Virus record (IMG/VR): IMGVR_UViG_3300036760_000522
Location: 237,551 to 301,550 of that record
DNA: 64,000 nt
Reading direction: 5' to 3' (one strand)
This document shows positions 36,639-45,982 of this stretch, piece by piece; position 1 is the first letter of the stretch, and each line of letters opens with the position of its first letter. Under the pieces are notes generated by a model, which did not search any database, had not been told where the DNA came from, and saw only the letters and a program-made list of their open reading frames with translations. The position numbers and the translations under genes were made by a program.

Positions 36639-37207
36639 CGACTCCCCAGCAACTGGAAAAGCGAGCCGCGTTTCTGACTCACAAACACGGAATCCCATCA
36701 CTCGGCGTCACAGGTTCTTACCACGACGCACCGCTCCGTCGGGTCGAATTTGTCTTACATGAGGGAGCTCACTGGATAACACTAGGTTACACGACGGTGC
36801 CATCCAGAGCCACACAGAAGACCTCGGAGCTGTTTGAGCGAATGACACCGACGACAGCGGACTCGTTGGAAATCGACACCGCTTTCGTAACCTATCTCGC
36901 AGGTTGTGCGCTCAATTTGTGGTACGATCCAATGCCCATCATCGATTCAGCCTGCCGAAATCTGGTATGCCACAACACCTTGGCTGCGACAGCGACCGGA
37001 AGTCGCGCAGTCGTCATTGAGGCCTGGAAAAGACAGGTCTTGAGCCGTACCGCTCGAAGACGCCTGCGTGACATGACAGTCCGCCTTGTGTTGTGGTTCT
37101 CTCCGAGGTCAAAGCCGCTCACCAAGCTACCGACCTGGATCGGCAGTACACCATTGTGGGCTGACGACCGCGCTGTGAAGCTACCGTTCTGGATGGATCC
37201 TAGTTAG
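36635..37207 (+). CDS. Hypothetical protein
   Basis: ATGA coupling with the upstream gene. Confidence 0.55.
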   Translation: MTTPQQLEKRAAFLTHKHGIPSLGVTGSYHDAPLRRVEFVLHEGAHWITLGYTTVPSRATQKTSELFERMTPTTADSLEIDTAFVTYLAGCALNLWYDPMPIIDSACRNLVCHNTLAATATGSRAVVIEAWKRQVLSRTARRRLRDMTVRLVLWFSPRSKPLTKLPTWIGSTPLWADDRAVKLPFWMDPS

Positions 37208-37471
37208 TCTAGGGATCGGCAACTCCAGATGGTGCGCACGCGGCTCAGCAAGTTGGGCAGCTTTGTCGAGGTGAAGGGCGTAGACCTCCATGATCCGTGT
37301 GAACTCTTTACCTCGTATCTCACTGAGTTTCCAACGCACGTCTACGCCAGGCATTACGTACGTAGGCGCATCTTCGAAGTCAAAAGTGTCGCACACCACA
37401 ATCATGTGGGTTGCACCTTTCCGAACGCCCTCGTCGAACCAACCACTGATGTCTTGGGTGCTCGCTGCCAC
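37181..37471 (-). CDS. Hypothetical phage protein
   Basis: Strong RBS GAGGTGAGG before GTG. Confidence 0.6.
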   Translation of the reverse strand: MAASTQDISGWFDEGVRKGATHMIVVCDTFDFEDAPTYVMPGVDVRWKLSEIRGKEFTRIMEVYALHLDKAAQLAEPRAHHLELPIPRLTRIHPER

Positions 37472-37521
37472 AGTCCCTCACCTCAATTCCCAATCGATTT
37501 CTGATCCCTGCCTCGGAGGGC

Positions 37522-38069
37522 TCACAAGTCTCGTGTGTCGATCCACCACGAGATCAAAAACTGGACCATACGCTCTCGGTTGGGACCAGTTTTTATCTTG
37601 ATAGTGCCGACGATCATAGGATCCGGAATCTGGGGTGGCGGACCGGGCGGAGCTATACCAATCTGTCCTGAACGCGCGGGCCCGCTTGGACAGCGTCTCG
37701 AACCTTCACGTAGAACGTGACGCGACGCTTCCCCAGATCTGCTTGGCGTTGCCAACCAGCGGTTCGAATCTTCATTTTCTTGGCTGTAGCCAAATTGGTT
37801 TGGGCCTCTTCAGCGCGAGCAGCCTCAGCCTGGATCTTGCGTTCTGCCCAAGCGAGCAGTTCGCTTTGTGCCTGTACCATCTCGCCGGGGTTCCGTGCGA
37901 GAACCACCACGTCTTCGGTGATCGCTAGTTCCGGAACACGGTCCTCCGTGTCGACTTCCGGTGTCGGCTCCGATGCTGCCGCGATGACGGGATCCTGGTG
38001 CTCCACCAGCGAAGAAGGGACATCCGGTGTTTCTGGTTCTGTGGCCATCCCCGCAAAATACCAGATCAT
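37522..38069 (-). pseudogene. Probable frameshifted or internally deleted gene
   Basis: A helical N-part (37653-38069) stops early. An overlapping frame carries a protein-like C-terminus (QIGIAPP..DPMIVG..FLISWWIDTRDL) with no start of its own. Confidence 0.4.
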
Positions 38070-38119
38070 GTTTCAGTCTTCAATGCCCAATCGGTCCGAC
38101 CCCTACCGGAAAGCAAGTG

Positions 38120-39439
38120 ATGTCGAAAATAAACGTTTTGATGGGCCGAATTGACCGACGAGACTACCAAATCTCGGTCATCGGTCTGGGCTACGTCGGG
38201 TTGCCCTTAGCGCTCGCCTTCTCGAAGAGAGGGTTCCCTGTTCTAGGCATCGACGTCGATCGACACAAAGTCGACAAGGTCAACCGACGAATATCGTACC
38301 TGAGCCACGTACCTAGCTCGCGGTTCGACGAATGTACGGCCCCCTTCAAAGCAACAACGGATTTTGAAGAGCTTCGCTTCGCGGACGCGATTCTGATTTG
38401 TGTACCGACGCCTTTGGATCATCACCAACAACCCGACATGCAATACGTCGAAGCGACCGTCGATGAAGTGAAAAGATGGTTGCGATCCGACCAACTCATT
38501 GTACTCGAGTCCACGACCTATCCCGGGACAACCGATGAGTTCATTCAACCGTTCTTGAGAAACCAAGACATACGCCTCGGACGCCCAACCAGCTTCTACC
38601 TCGCCTATTCTCCTGAACGCGAGGACCCCGGCAACACACAATTCTCGACGACCACGACGCCGAAACTTGTCGGAGGAGTTGATCCAGATTCAACTGAGCT
38701 CGCAGCACACCTCTACGGAACGATCGCTCCTGTAGTCCGCGTCGCAAATTCCCGAGTGGCCGAGGCTGCAAAACTCACTGAGAACATTTTCCGTGCGGTC
38801 AATATTGCGCTCGTCAACGAACTCAAAATCGTGTTCGACAAGATGGGGATCGATGTCTGGCAAGTGCTTGACGCGGCTGCAACTAAGCCGTTCGGCTTCA
38901 TGCGCTTCAATCCGGGTCCCGGTTGGGGAGGGCACTGCATACCGGTCGATCCGTTCTACTTGAGCTGGAAAGCGAGAGCATACGGAGTAACGCCAAAATT
39001 CATCGAGCTTGCGGGCGAGATCAATATCCGCATGCACGAGTACGTTGTAGGAAAGCTCGTCGAGGGGCTCAACGCCCAAGGAAAGGCACTACGTGATGCC
39101 AAGGTGTTGATTCTCGGCGTCGCCTACAAGGCAAACGTGGACGATTGCCGGGAGAGCCCTGCCTTCCCGATCATGGCGATGATTGTGAAGTTGGGCGGGA
39201 GTGTCCGCTACCACGACCCTCTAGTCAGCCGTATCCCTCATCTCAGAGACTGGCCCGCCTTCGTTGGGGCTGAGTCAGACCCGCTTGACGAAGCCGTTCT
39301 CAGAGGCTCTGACGCGGTCCTTGTAGTGACGGCACACTCGGCTGTCGACTACGAGATGGTCGGTAAGTACGCCAGTCTCATCGTCGACAGCCGAGGGGTG
39401 TTCAAACCTGAGCAGACCTCGCAGCTTGTACGTGCCTGA
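38120..39439 (+). CDS. UDP-glucose/GDP-mannose dehydrogenase family protein (WbpA/WecC-like)
   Basis: GLGYVGLP, ICVPTP, LESTTYPGTT, SPEREDPGN, AKLTENIFR, GPGWGGHCIPVDP, GVAYKANVDDCRESP. Confidence 0.93.
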   Translation: MSKINVLMGRIDRRDYQISVIGLGYVGLPLALAFSKRGFPVLGIDVDRHKVDKVNRRISYLSHVPSSRFDECTAPFKATTDFEELRFADAILICVPTPLDHHQQPDMQYVEATVDEVKRWLRSDQLIVLESTTYPGTTDEFIQPFLRNQDIRLGRPTSFYLAYSPEREDPGNTQFSTTTTPKLVGGVDPDSTELAAHLYGTIAPVVRVANSRVAEAAKLTENIFRAVNIALVNELKIVFDKMGIDVWQVLDAAATKPFGFMRFNPGPGWGGHCIPVDPFYLSWKARAYGVTPKFIELAGEINIRMHEYVVGKLVEGLNAQGKALRDAKVLILGVAYKANVDDCRESPAFPIMAMIVKLGGSVRYHDPLVSRIPHLRDWPAFVGAESDPLDEAVLRGSDAVLVVTAHSAVDYEMVGKYASLIVDSRGVFKPEQTSQLVRA

Positions 39440-40040
39440 ACTCCCCATGCGGACAGTAGTGGCCCGTTTGTGGATTTAGGAACCCCCAATCGTCCTCAGA
39501 CCGATCTGCCACACGAGGACCTGTTCGACAAAGCGTCCAACAACCTGTCTGTAGCAACGTAACCCGGTGAAACGTGTCGTGGCGCCACCGATTGACGTGC
39601 CCCGGAAGGAGCTTGCGGCCGATGATTTTGCGGTCTGGCATCAAACGCTCTTCGATGTACCCGCCAGTCAGTATGATGCTCGAACCCCACACCCAGCCGT
39701 GGTTGTGAAGTTCAGGATCGGCGTCCCCGCGAAAGAAGTAGTGTAAGTAGTAGCTGGTGCCAGTCGTGGGAGGGTCTTTGCGTCGCAAGTAAACACGCAG
39801 CAGGTAAGGATCCCGGGCTTCGCCTACTAGGAGGCCTTGGAACTTGAAGTGGCTCGTGAGAACGAGCCGCCACAACATGTTGGTCAACTTGCTGCCCGAC
39901 CAACGATCTTGACGCGCGCGGCGTACCAAGACGTCCGAAACTTGTTCGAAGTCTAGACCGACCGACGAACTCAGGTCAGTGAACACTCCACGAATAACAC
40001 CGATCAGTGCGAGTCGTACCGGATCTTGAGGCTGTCCCAC
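39402..40040 (-). CDS. Cupin-like protein
   Basis: LHYF..D..LHNHGW..SIILTGGYIE..FHRV..WTL. Confidence 0.6.
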   Translation of the reverse strand: MGQPQDPVRLALIGVIRGVFTDLSSSVGLDFEQVSDVLVRRARQDRWSGSKLTNMLWRLVLTSHFKFQGLLVGEARDPYLLRVYLRRKDPPTTGTSYYLHYFFRGDADPELHNHGWVWGSSIILTGGYIEERLMPDRKIIGRKLLPGHVNRWRHDTFHRVTLLQTGCWTLCRTGPRVADRSEDDWGFLNPQTGHYCPHGEFRHVQAARSAQV

Positions 40041-40618
40041 AACCTCCGATAGCCTTGTATGTCCATCTTGGCGGCCTCAGCCAAGTTGGCCTTGAGCCAA
40101 TTGTAGAACGGGGCAACGTCTCGTCGGCCCGCAGGATAGTACGAAGTGTCCTGATTGAATTTGTTGCCTTTGGGTCCTGTGATTTCCTGTCGATGTCGGA
40201 CAGACCATTCGATCTGGGTTGCTCCGATGGCAAGTCCTGTACTGGTCTCGATTTGCACCGGCGTCGTGCCGCCTGGGTTGATGTCGACTCCTCGTTCGGT
40301 TGACTCGTGCAGATCGATTTCCCCTGGATGGTCGACGAGAATGTCTTGTATGAACCCCTTGATCTTGTCGTAGTCGGAGTGTTCCGGAAGTGCCTTGCTC
40401 ATGCCATCCATCCACTGGTCGCGGTCACCTGGGTAGCGGTTGGACGGGAGAAGAATCATCGTACGGACTTTCTTCCCACGCTTGCCAGCGTTGGTGAGCT
40501 CCCAAACTCGGAACTGATCCCGGTAGCGGTGGATTCGGACATTGCCGACCTCAGTTTGTTGGCCAAGTTGGAGGCCTGAAGCTTTGAACCTTCGGACTAC
40601 GTTGGACACAGCTGTCAT
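40004..40618 (-). CDS. Hypothetical protein with the shared N-terminal leader
   Basis: Starts MTAVSNVVRRFKAS. Confidence 0.65.
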   Translation of the reverse strand: MTAVSNVVRRFKASGLQLGQQTEVGNVRIHRYRDQFRVWELTNAGKRGKKVRTMILLPSNRYPGDRDQWMDGMSKALPEHSDYDKIKGFIQDILVDHPGEIDLHESTERGVDINPGGTTPVQIETSTGLAIGATQIEWSVRHRQEITGPKGNKFNQDTSYYPAGRRDVAPFYNWLKANLAEAAKMDIQGYRRLWDSLKIRYDSH

Positions 40619-40824
40619 GGCTCTTGATCCTCAGGATCCTCAGGATCCTCTGCGGTAGAGATCGGATTGACGGGTAATTGAAGGGCTTCGGCGCGAAGCA
40701 CAAGGTACGAACGAGGCGCAACGATTCCGATTTTTACGGAACTACGGTGAAGCTCCGTAATTTCCAAGACGATGTCGTCTCCGATCAGGATTTTCTGGCC
40801 CTTGCGCCTTGAGATAATCAACAT
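40615..40824 (-). CDS. csrA: CsrA/RsmA translational regulator
   Basis: MLIISRRKGQKILIGDDIVLEI..VKIGIVAP..VLRAE. Confidence 0.88.
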   Translation of the reverse strand: MLIISRRKGQKILIGDDIVLEITELHRSSVKIGIVAPRSYLVLRAEALQLPVNPISTAEDPEDPEDQEP

Positions 40825-40853
40825 ACATTCACCATCAGTGAAACAAAAGAGGA

Positions 40854-41276
40854 CTAGTTGACCTCGATCCAGTGCTCTCGGATCCCCTGAATAAGGTCCG
40901 GGCCTGACACACCATTGCTCATAGCGGCAACGAGCAACGCCACGAAGAATTTGAAGAGCGGATCCCTATCAAGTTCCGCCCTCTGTCCGTCAGGCAGCTT
41001 CGCAGCTATTGGATCAAGATTCGGCGACCCGTAGGCTTGTTTGAAGTCGTCATAACAGCGCTCGAGAAGCCGAGCCCCTTCGTCGGCTGAAAGAGGCTGC
41101 GCAGTCCAGACTTGAAGGGATTCAAGGATCCCTTCCGGCTCCAAGTTTGCCGCGATTGTCCAACACTCAATCATTGCCAAAGAGACCTTAGGCGCCACCT
41201 GCAAGATGTCCTGGCACACCCGTATGGGATTTTCACGGAACGACTTTTGAAAAGAGGCTGCGTCACGTAAGTCCAT
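40854..41276 (-). CDS. Hypothetical protein
   Basis: 140-aa ORF, ATG start. Confidence 0.5.
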   Translation of the reverse strand: MDLRDAASFQKSFRENPIRVCQDILQVAPKVSLAMIECWTIAANLEPEGILESLQVWTAQPLSADEGARLLERCYDDFKQAYGSPNLDPIAAKLPDGQRAELDRDPLFKFFVALLVAAMSNGVSGPDLIQGIREHWIEVN

Positions 41277-41688
41277 TGGCGTTCTCGACTTTCACTTGTG
41301 ATGGGACTTGTCCAGGGAACCAAAAACTGGGTGGCGACACGTCCCATTCGAGACGATCTGGTGTCTCGCCAACGACCTGAAAACCGAAACGCAAGAGACC
41401 CTCCGCGAAGCGCTTGGTCTGAACGTTCTCGACATAAATCCCCAGATTTGGGTAGCGCTGTTTCAGGTGCTCGAACAGAGTTGTGAAGGCACCACTGCCC
41501 GGCTTGGTTGCATTCAAGTTTGCGAGATCGATTGCGTCGTGCCACTCACCGCGGATGTACCTGCTTGAAACCCGCACGTAGAGCGCATCAAAGCCCGGAA
41601 AGTCGACGTACGCGTTTCTCGACAGGAGCCGTCCGTTGACTCTCCGGCCTTTGTGCCAGTAGAGGGAGAGGAACTTGTCGAGTTTCAC
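41263..41688 (-). CDS. GNAT-like protein
   Basis: IDLANL..PGSGAFT..VENV..F..L.RFGF resembles GNAT motifs A and B. Confidence 0.45.
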   Translation of the reverse strand: MKLDKFLSLYWHKGRRVNGRLLSRNAYVDFPGFDALYVRVSSRYIRGEWHDAIDLANLNATKPGSGAFTTLFEHLKQRYPNLGIYVENVQTKRFAEGLLRFGFQVVGETPDRLEWDVSPPSFWFPGQVPSQVKVENANGLT

Positions 41689-41897
41689 GACACTGTCTGA
41701 CTGCGGACAACTTCGGCTTCGTCCGCAGTAGCGTGCATACTTGGGACAACTTGACGGAAGTCGTCACAGATTGCAACAGGCCGGTAGTCGGAGGTGAATA
41801 CGTGCCCGTCGACCAATTTCGCCAAAGTCACGGCCTCTAGCAAAACGAGGCCGGTGCGCTCAAACTTGCCACTTTCCAACATCACTAGGTAGGTCAT
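41685..41897 (-). CDS. Hypothetical protein
   Basis: Start reassigned to ATG 41897, directly after promoter motif A. Confidence 0.5.
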   Translation of the reverse strand: MTYLVMLESGKFERTGLVLLEAVTLAKLVDGHVFTSDYRPVAICDDFRQVVPSMHATADEAEVVRSQTVS

Positions 41898-41903
41898 GTT
41901 GTT

Positions 41904-41933
41904 TACTACGAATCCAGAGGCCTCGGAATCGAG
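41904..41933 (-). promoter_or_regulatory. Bipartite phage promoter motif A, copy 2
   Basis: CTCGATT-CCG-AGGC-CTCTGG-ATTCGTAGTA, ending 6 nt before ATG 41897. Confidence 0.7.
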
Positions 41934-41979
41934 TACTTTCTTGACACATACGGGCGTCGATGCGAAATGGGTCAAACGC

Positions 41980-42453
41980 ATGGCTTACGATCCTCACAAA
42001 CGATCTGCCGAGTGTCCTGATTCAGACGCGACGACTGAAAAGGCGATAGAGGTGGAATTCGCGATCCCTACGTTGTTGACACAAGACCAACAACGTAGGC
42101 TTCTCGACCTCTTGGACGAGATCGTCCGGAGCCCCTGGAACCAACCCGAAGAAGGAGTTCATTGGGTCAGCGGCACAGGATCAAAACCCGTCTGGTCCCA
42201 GGCTGACGCAACTTTCCTTGGCAAACCCGCAAATCCCGATGCACCATTGTCAGGAGAGCCTGAATTTCAAGATGATGTGTTGCACGTTTGCACAACGGCA
42301 CGAGGCTTCATGAGCCCAAAAGAACGAGAACGCGAGTTTCGAAAACGCAAGTCAGTTCGTCTTTGTGTCGAGTGCAATGAACCACAATTTGAGACTCCCT
42401 CAGGCGTCACGTGCAAAAATGGCCACGGCGGTGTAGGTAGCGTTGAGAAATGA
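41980..42453 (+). CDS. Hypothetical protein with C-terminal zinc finger
   Basis: CVEC..CKNGH; start at MAYDP. Confidence 0.5.
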   Translation: MAYDPHKRSAECPDSDATTEKAIEVEFAIPTLLTQDQQRRLLDLLDEIVRSPWNQPEEGVHWVSGTGSKPVWSQADATFLGKPANPDAPLSGEPEFQDDVLHVCTTARGFMSPKEREREFRKRKSVRLCVECNEPQFETPSGVTCKNGHGGVGSVEK

Positions 42454-42719
42454 CGAGTCAAGAACAGCTAGCACTTTGGGTCGAAGGTACACCAGTTCAC
42501 CGCGGTAAAAAAGAGAACCCTGACAATGAATGCTGCCCAGACTTTTCGTGCTGCAAACCCGATCTGTTGCAACCCAAACCGGTCAGAGAGGCTTACGTCG
42601 CAGCCGACGAAGCGACTCGAATGAAGCTCCTAGGCACATTCCTGCAAGCAGCTCTTAGCGTCCTCGCACCCGACAAATCGGTCTACGTAGCCGCGGGCGA
42701 GCCAACTGAGCCCAACTGA
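42450..42719 (+). CDS. Hypothetical protein
   Basis: ATGA coupling; CCPDFSCC motif. Confidence 0.55.
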   Translation: MTSQEQLALWVEGTPVHRGKKENPDNECCPDFSCCKPDLLQPKPVREAYVAADEATRMKLLGTFLQAALSVLAPDKSVYVAAGEPTEPN

Positions 42720-42734
42720 GGAGAGGTGAACGAC

Positions 42735-42998
42735 ATGAACCCCCAACTTGGTCAGAACCTCACTCTGACGGTTTCGGTATTCGTTTTAGGGTTAGCTATC
42801 TGCACCATCTTTGTAGTCGTCACCAAAGACCGCAAGCACAGAGCTCTCATGCGTCGCATGGAGCTATACCGAGAGTGGATAGAGACCGTGCCGACTATGG
42901 CCGAACCCGAACGCACACAAGGGCGGCAGCACATTGAACGGATCTTGACTTCAGGTCGCGATGACGATTTTCGAGGTCCTTGGGAAAACCGAGCATGA
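42735..42998 (+). CDS. Small membrane protein
   Basis: RBS GGAGAGG; one transmembrane helix. Confidence 0.55.
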   Translation: MNPQLGQNLTLTVSVFVLGLAICTIFVVVTKDRKHRALMRRMELYREWIETVPTMAEPERTQGRQHIERILTSGRDDDFRGPWENRA

Positions 42999-43008
42999 TA
43001 CCCCCTCT

Positions 43009-43479
43009 TCAGGCATTTCCGCCAGGCTGAGTTCCTCGAAGCGGTTGGGCTGGGAAAACCGTTTGAAAGATCTCGACAGCCTCCGTCGAGAGCGGCATGA
43101 TCGGTATGGCAAATCCACGATCAAGAAGAGTTGATATTAGCCTGAGAAATGTTTCTGGACTTCTTCCCAAAGTAGCCTGACTCAATAGTTTGGTCAGATC
43201 GCGGTCGCTTGCTTGAGTCTGGGTGGTTGTGACAAAATCCGCCCACTCTTTGAGCAGGACTTCTTCGACAGCTCCAGGCACGTATGCAACTGTGATGTTG
43301 AACTCTTTGTCTTGGGTCTTGAGCTGAAATACGAGACAGTCAGGTCCGGCGTTTACGACGTAGCGAAGCCCGACGAACATGTCCTCAGGCTCGAATCCAA
43401 GCCGCCGGAACAGCTGGTGGACCCCCCAAAGCTCGCGGAGGTACGGTTTTCGATAGAGCTTTGACTTGGCGTGTTTCAT
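43009..43479 (-). CDS. Hypothetical protein
   Basis: 156-aa ORF within a minus-strand run. Confidence 0.5.
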   Translation of the reverse strand: MKHAKSKLYRKPYLRELWGVHQLFRRLGFEPEDMFVGLRYVVNAGPDCLVFQLKTQDKEFNITVAYVPGAVEEVLLKEWADFVTTTQTQASDRDLTKLLSQATLGRSPETFLRLISTLLDRGFAIPIMPLSTEAVEIFQTVFPAQPLRGTQPGGNA

Positions 43480-43487
43480 GTCCGCTG

Positions 43488-43703
43488 TTAAAGGACACCA
43501 GGCTTAAGGAGGCTTGCCGAGAAACTGTGCACAGATTGGATCCGTGCTCTTATTTCTGGGCTGTGATCTAGTACGCTCGCGAGAGCTTCCGCGATGGCAC
43601 GTGGCCGTGTCTCAGGAGGCAGCCCAGCGCTAAAAGCGATAGTCCGATAGAGCCCTTTCAACGCTTCTATCTCTGAGACGAGTTGCGCTTCACGCTTGTT
43701 CAT
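43488..43703 (-). CDS. Hypothetical protein
   Basis: 71-aa ORF within a minus-strand run. Confidence 0.45.
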   Translation of the reverse strand: MNKREAQLVSEIEALKGLYRTIAFSAGLPPETRPRAIAEALASVLDHSPEIRARIQSVHSFSASLLKPGVL

Positions 43704-43953
43704 CGGCTTCCAGTCCGAGAACGCAATTCAGGTACGGAGGAACTTTGGAATCAGCCCAACGCGTCTTCAATTCCTGCACCGTCAAACGACCGTCGTAGTA
43801 AGCCTTGACGTCATCCTTCGGACCGGTGGCGTGCATCAACTTGTAGTTGTGGCCGTCGACAATGATGTGGATCCAAATCCTCGCCATACCGTGACCAGGC
43901 TGACCAGACAGCTGGTATTCCTCGTACTCCGTCGCGTGTGTTTCAATGTTCAT
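43690..43953 (-). CDS. Hypothetical protein
   Basis: RBS GAAGGAAGGG. Confidence 0.5.
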   Translation of the reverse strand: MNIETHATEYEEYQLSGQPGHGMARIWIHIIVDGHNYKLMHATGPKDDVKAYYDGRLTVQELKTRWADSKVPPYLNCVLGLEADEQA

Positions 43954-43971
43954 GATCTGCCCTTCCTTCAG

Positions 43972-44445
43972 TCACAAAGCCTCAGCGATTTCACGGAGCT
44001 TGTCGGCCTTGTCCTTCGGGCTGCGTTTTTCACATACTTGCCAATACAAGATGGATCCGTTGCACAAACGCTCCGCTGTTTGACGGACTTGTGATGGAAC
44101 GCGACCAGCTCCGAACACGTGCTCTAGTATACCCCACAACGTGCGCTGCAACACTACGGCTGTTTCGTTGAGCTGTTGTATTGAGACACTTTCCCCATTT
44201 TCGATTAGTCTCTCGACTGCATTCACCGCCTTCAAAATCTTCTTGCGATAATTCGGATTGTAAGGAATTGTGCGGACAGCCTGCGCTAGACGCTCCACTT
44301 CCTCTTGTGTGACGTCCTCCGGCAGCTTGAACGAAATGCGGAGATCTGGTCTTAGCCAGAACTTGTGTAGGATCTCGCCAGTGCCGGGTTTGACGGCGTC
44401 TGCAACCGGTTCTGTGGACACGACTTTCAATTCTTCCTCTGACAT
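43972..44445 (-). CDS. Hypothetical protein
   Basis: RBS GGAGGTG. Confidence 0.55.
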   Translation of the reverse strand: MSEEELKVVSTEPVADAVKPGTGEILHKFWLRPDLRISFKLPEDVTQEEVERLAQAVRTIPYNPNYRKKILKAVNAVERLIENGESVSIQQLNETAVVLQRTLWGILEHVFGAGRVPSQVRQTAERLCNGSILYWQVCEKRSPKDKADKLREIAEAL

Positions 44446-44745
44446 TTACGACACCTCCAGAAGCTCACCCAGAAAACTGTTCAGCCTTCCGGGGTTCGTG
44501 TAACCACGTGCCATACGGACCGTTCCGTAGGCGTACCAGTGAGCGCGAGGATCTAAGTCCTCCGCTTTTGCGCGAGCTGCCGGGACGGCGTCTAATGCAC
44601 GTTGATGTTTTTTGAAAGGACCAAGAAGCAGCCCCGTCCGCGTCCCGTCAACGACGCTCACGTAATAAGGGCCCGGCCTGGCGTCGGCCTTTTGGACGCG
44701 CCCTGTCGTCGGCGGATGTGTGTAACACAAGATCCGTTTCGACAT
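44446..44745 (-). CDS. Hypothetical protein
   Basis: Start reassigned to MSKRIL at 44745 (AGGAAG upstream). Confidence 0.5.
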   Translation of the reverse strand: MSKRILCYTHPPTTGRVQKADARPGPYYVSVVDGTRTGLLLGPFKKHQRALDAVPAARAKAEDLDPRAHWYAYGTVRMARGYTNPGRLNSFLGELLEVS

Positions 44746-45182
44746 CACTTCCTGCCTCTGACTACGAGTTTGTAAATCTCGACACATTTCGGACCGACGT
44801 GACGACTCGCTAGATGGTGGGCGGTGATTCGTGTCTCGAGATCCCAACCGCCAACCGCATTGGGCTTTTTCGATCCATTGGGTTGCACATGACCGCAAAG
44901 ACTTGAAGTATCGATTCCGCCGCTGAACTTCAACCCGATTTTCGGGCTCACCTGACGAATGTGCCAACGACTGGATGAGCTCGCTAAAGAACCCTCACAG
45001 AAGGAGTATTCGGGAGTTTTGGGCTTGAATAGGGAAACCATGCCCCTATTCTACGTTTCCTGCGGACCAGCAATTGAATCTGTTTTGACACTGTGCCCCG
45101 AATTGACAAAAAACGTGCCGCTTGTTAGCGTGGTTGTCTACTGGGAACTGAAGGGCTGGAGCGCGAGGCAAGGACAAAGCCG

Positions 45183-45536
45183 GTGACCAAGATTTGCGAG
45201 ATCGACCAAACCGAGTGGGAGGCGTGGGTAGCTGGGCGCCCGCCAGAAGTGAGAAATCTCTGTCGGACATTTCCTCCTGACCGTCTTTATCGGATGAAGT
45301 CCGGTCACCGGGTGACGATTTGTAGTTATTCAGAAAACGGGACAATGATGGTGGATGTGCGGGGTGAATACAACAAAATCACATTCGAGCGAACTGTCTT
45401 TGGCGTGAAGCCAGAGGACCTCGAAGAGTGTGAGCTTCCTGGAGAAGGGGAAGAACTCGGCGCAATGCTCACAGAGCCAAAAGAAATCGAAAACCTCCTT
45501 GACGGGATGCGTGAACACATGAAAGATCAACAATGA
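45183..45536 (+). CDS. Hypothetical protein
   Basis: GTGA/ATGA coupling with its neighbours. Confidence 0.55.
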   Translation: MTKICEIDQTEWEAWVAGRPPEVRNLCRTFPPDRLYRMKSGHRVTICSYSENGTMMVDVRGEYNKITFERTVFGVKPEDLEECELPGEGEELGAMLTEPKEIENLLDGMREHMKDQQ

Positions 45537-45832
45537 GTGTGGACGTTGTAGTAATGAATCGAGAAACCGCCGCAGTCGTCAATCTGGATATTGGTCGCCT
45601 AGACTCTGCACAGATTCGTCACGTTGACGGGCGCGGCTACGTCAACGTGACAGGTCTCGGTGTTGAGGGAAGAGTTGGTCTTTTGAAGTACTTAGATGGA
45701 CATGACTGGACGGTTCGGATGGAAACGACGCACGTACCAGATTTGTATCTGCGTGACGTGTCCGCGGACCCGCCACAACCTTCTGTGTTTTGGTTGCTGG
45801 AACGCCAAACAGCACGGAATCGCTTGCTCTAG
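45533..45832 (+). CDS. Hypothetical protein; C-terminus lies in a duplicated segment
   Basis: ATGA coupling. Confidence 0.5.
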   Translation: MSVDVVVMNRETAAVVNLDIGRLDSAQIRHVDGRGYVNVTGLGVEGRVGLLKYLDGHDWTVRMETTHVPDLYLRDVSADPPQPSVFWLLERQTARNRLL

Positions 45833-45924
45833 TATTTGTTCTCGCGACCAACCTCACGCGGGAACAGCTTCGTAACTTGAAGCGGACCCGCCACAACCTT
45901 CTGTGTTTTGGTTGCTGGAACGCC
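45764..45924 (+). repeat. Perfect 43-bp direct repeat flanking 75 bp
   Basis: GCGGACCCGCCACAACCTTCTGTGTTTTGGTTGCTGGAACGCC at 45764-45806 and 45882-45924. Confidence 0.9.
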
Positions 45925-45982
45925 GGCTTGGAGGGCCATCAGGCAGCAGATTTGACAATCCGTGAATCGGGATAACACTTAG

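Noticed and set aside
45764-45924. CRISPR array
   Set aside because: Only two repeats, 43 bp long with a 75-bp interval; the first copy is in-frame coding sequence; no cas operon. The Cas4-like gene sits in the recombination module.
41941-45975. Sigma-70 promoters at TTGACA 41941 and near 45954
   Set aside because: No convincing -10 hexamer at 16-18 bp spacing.
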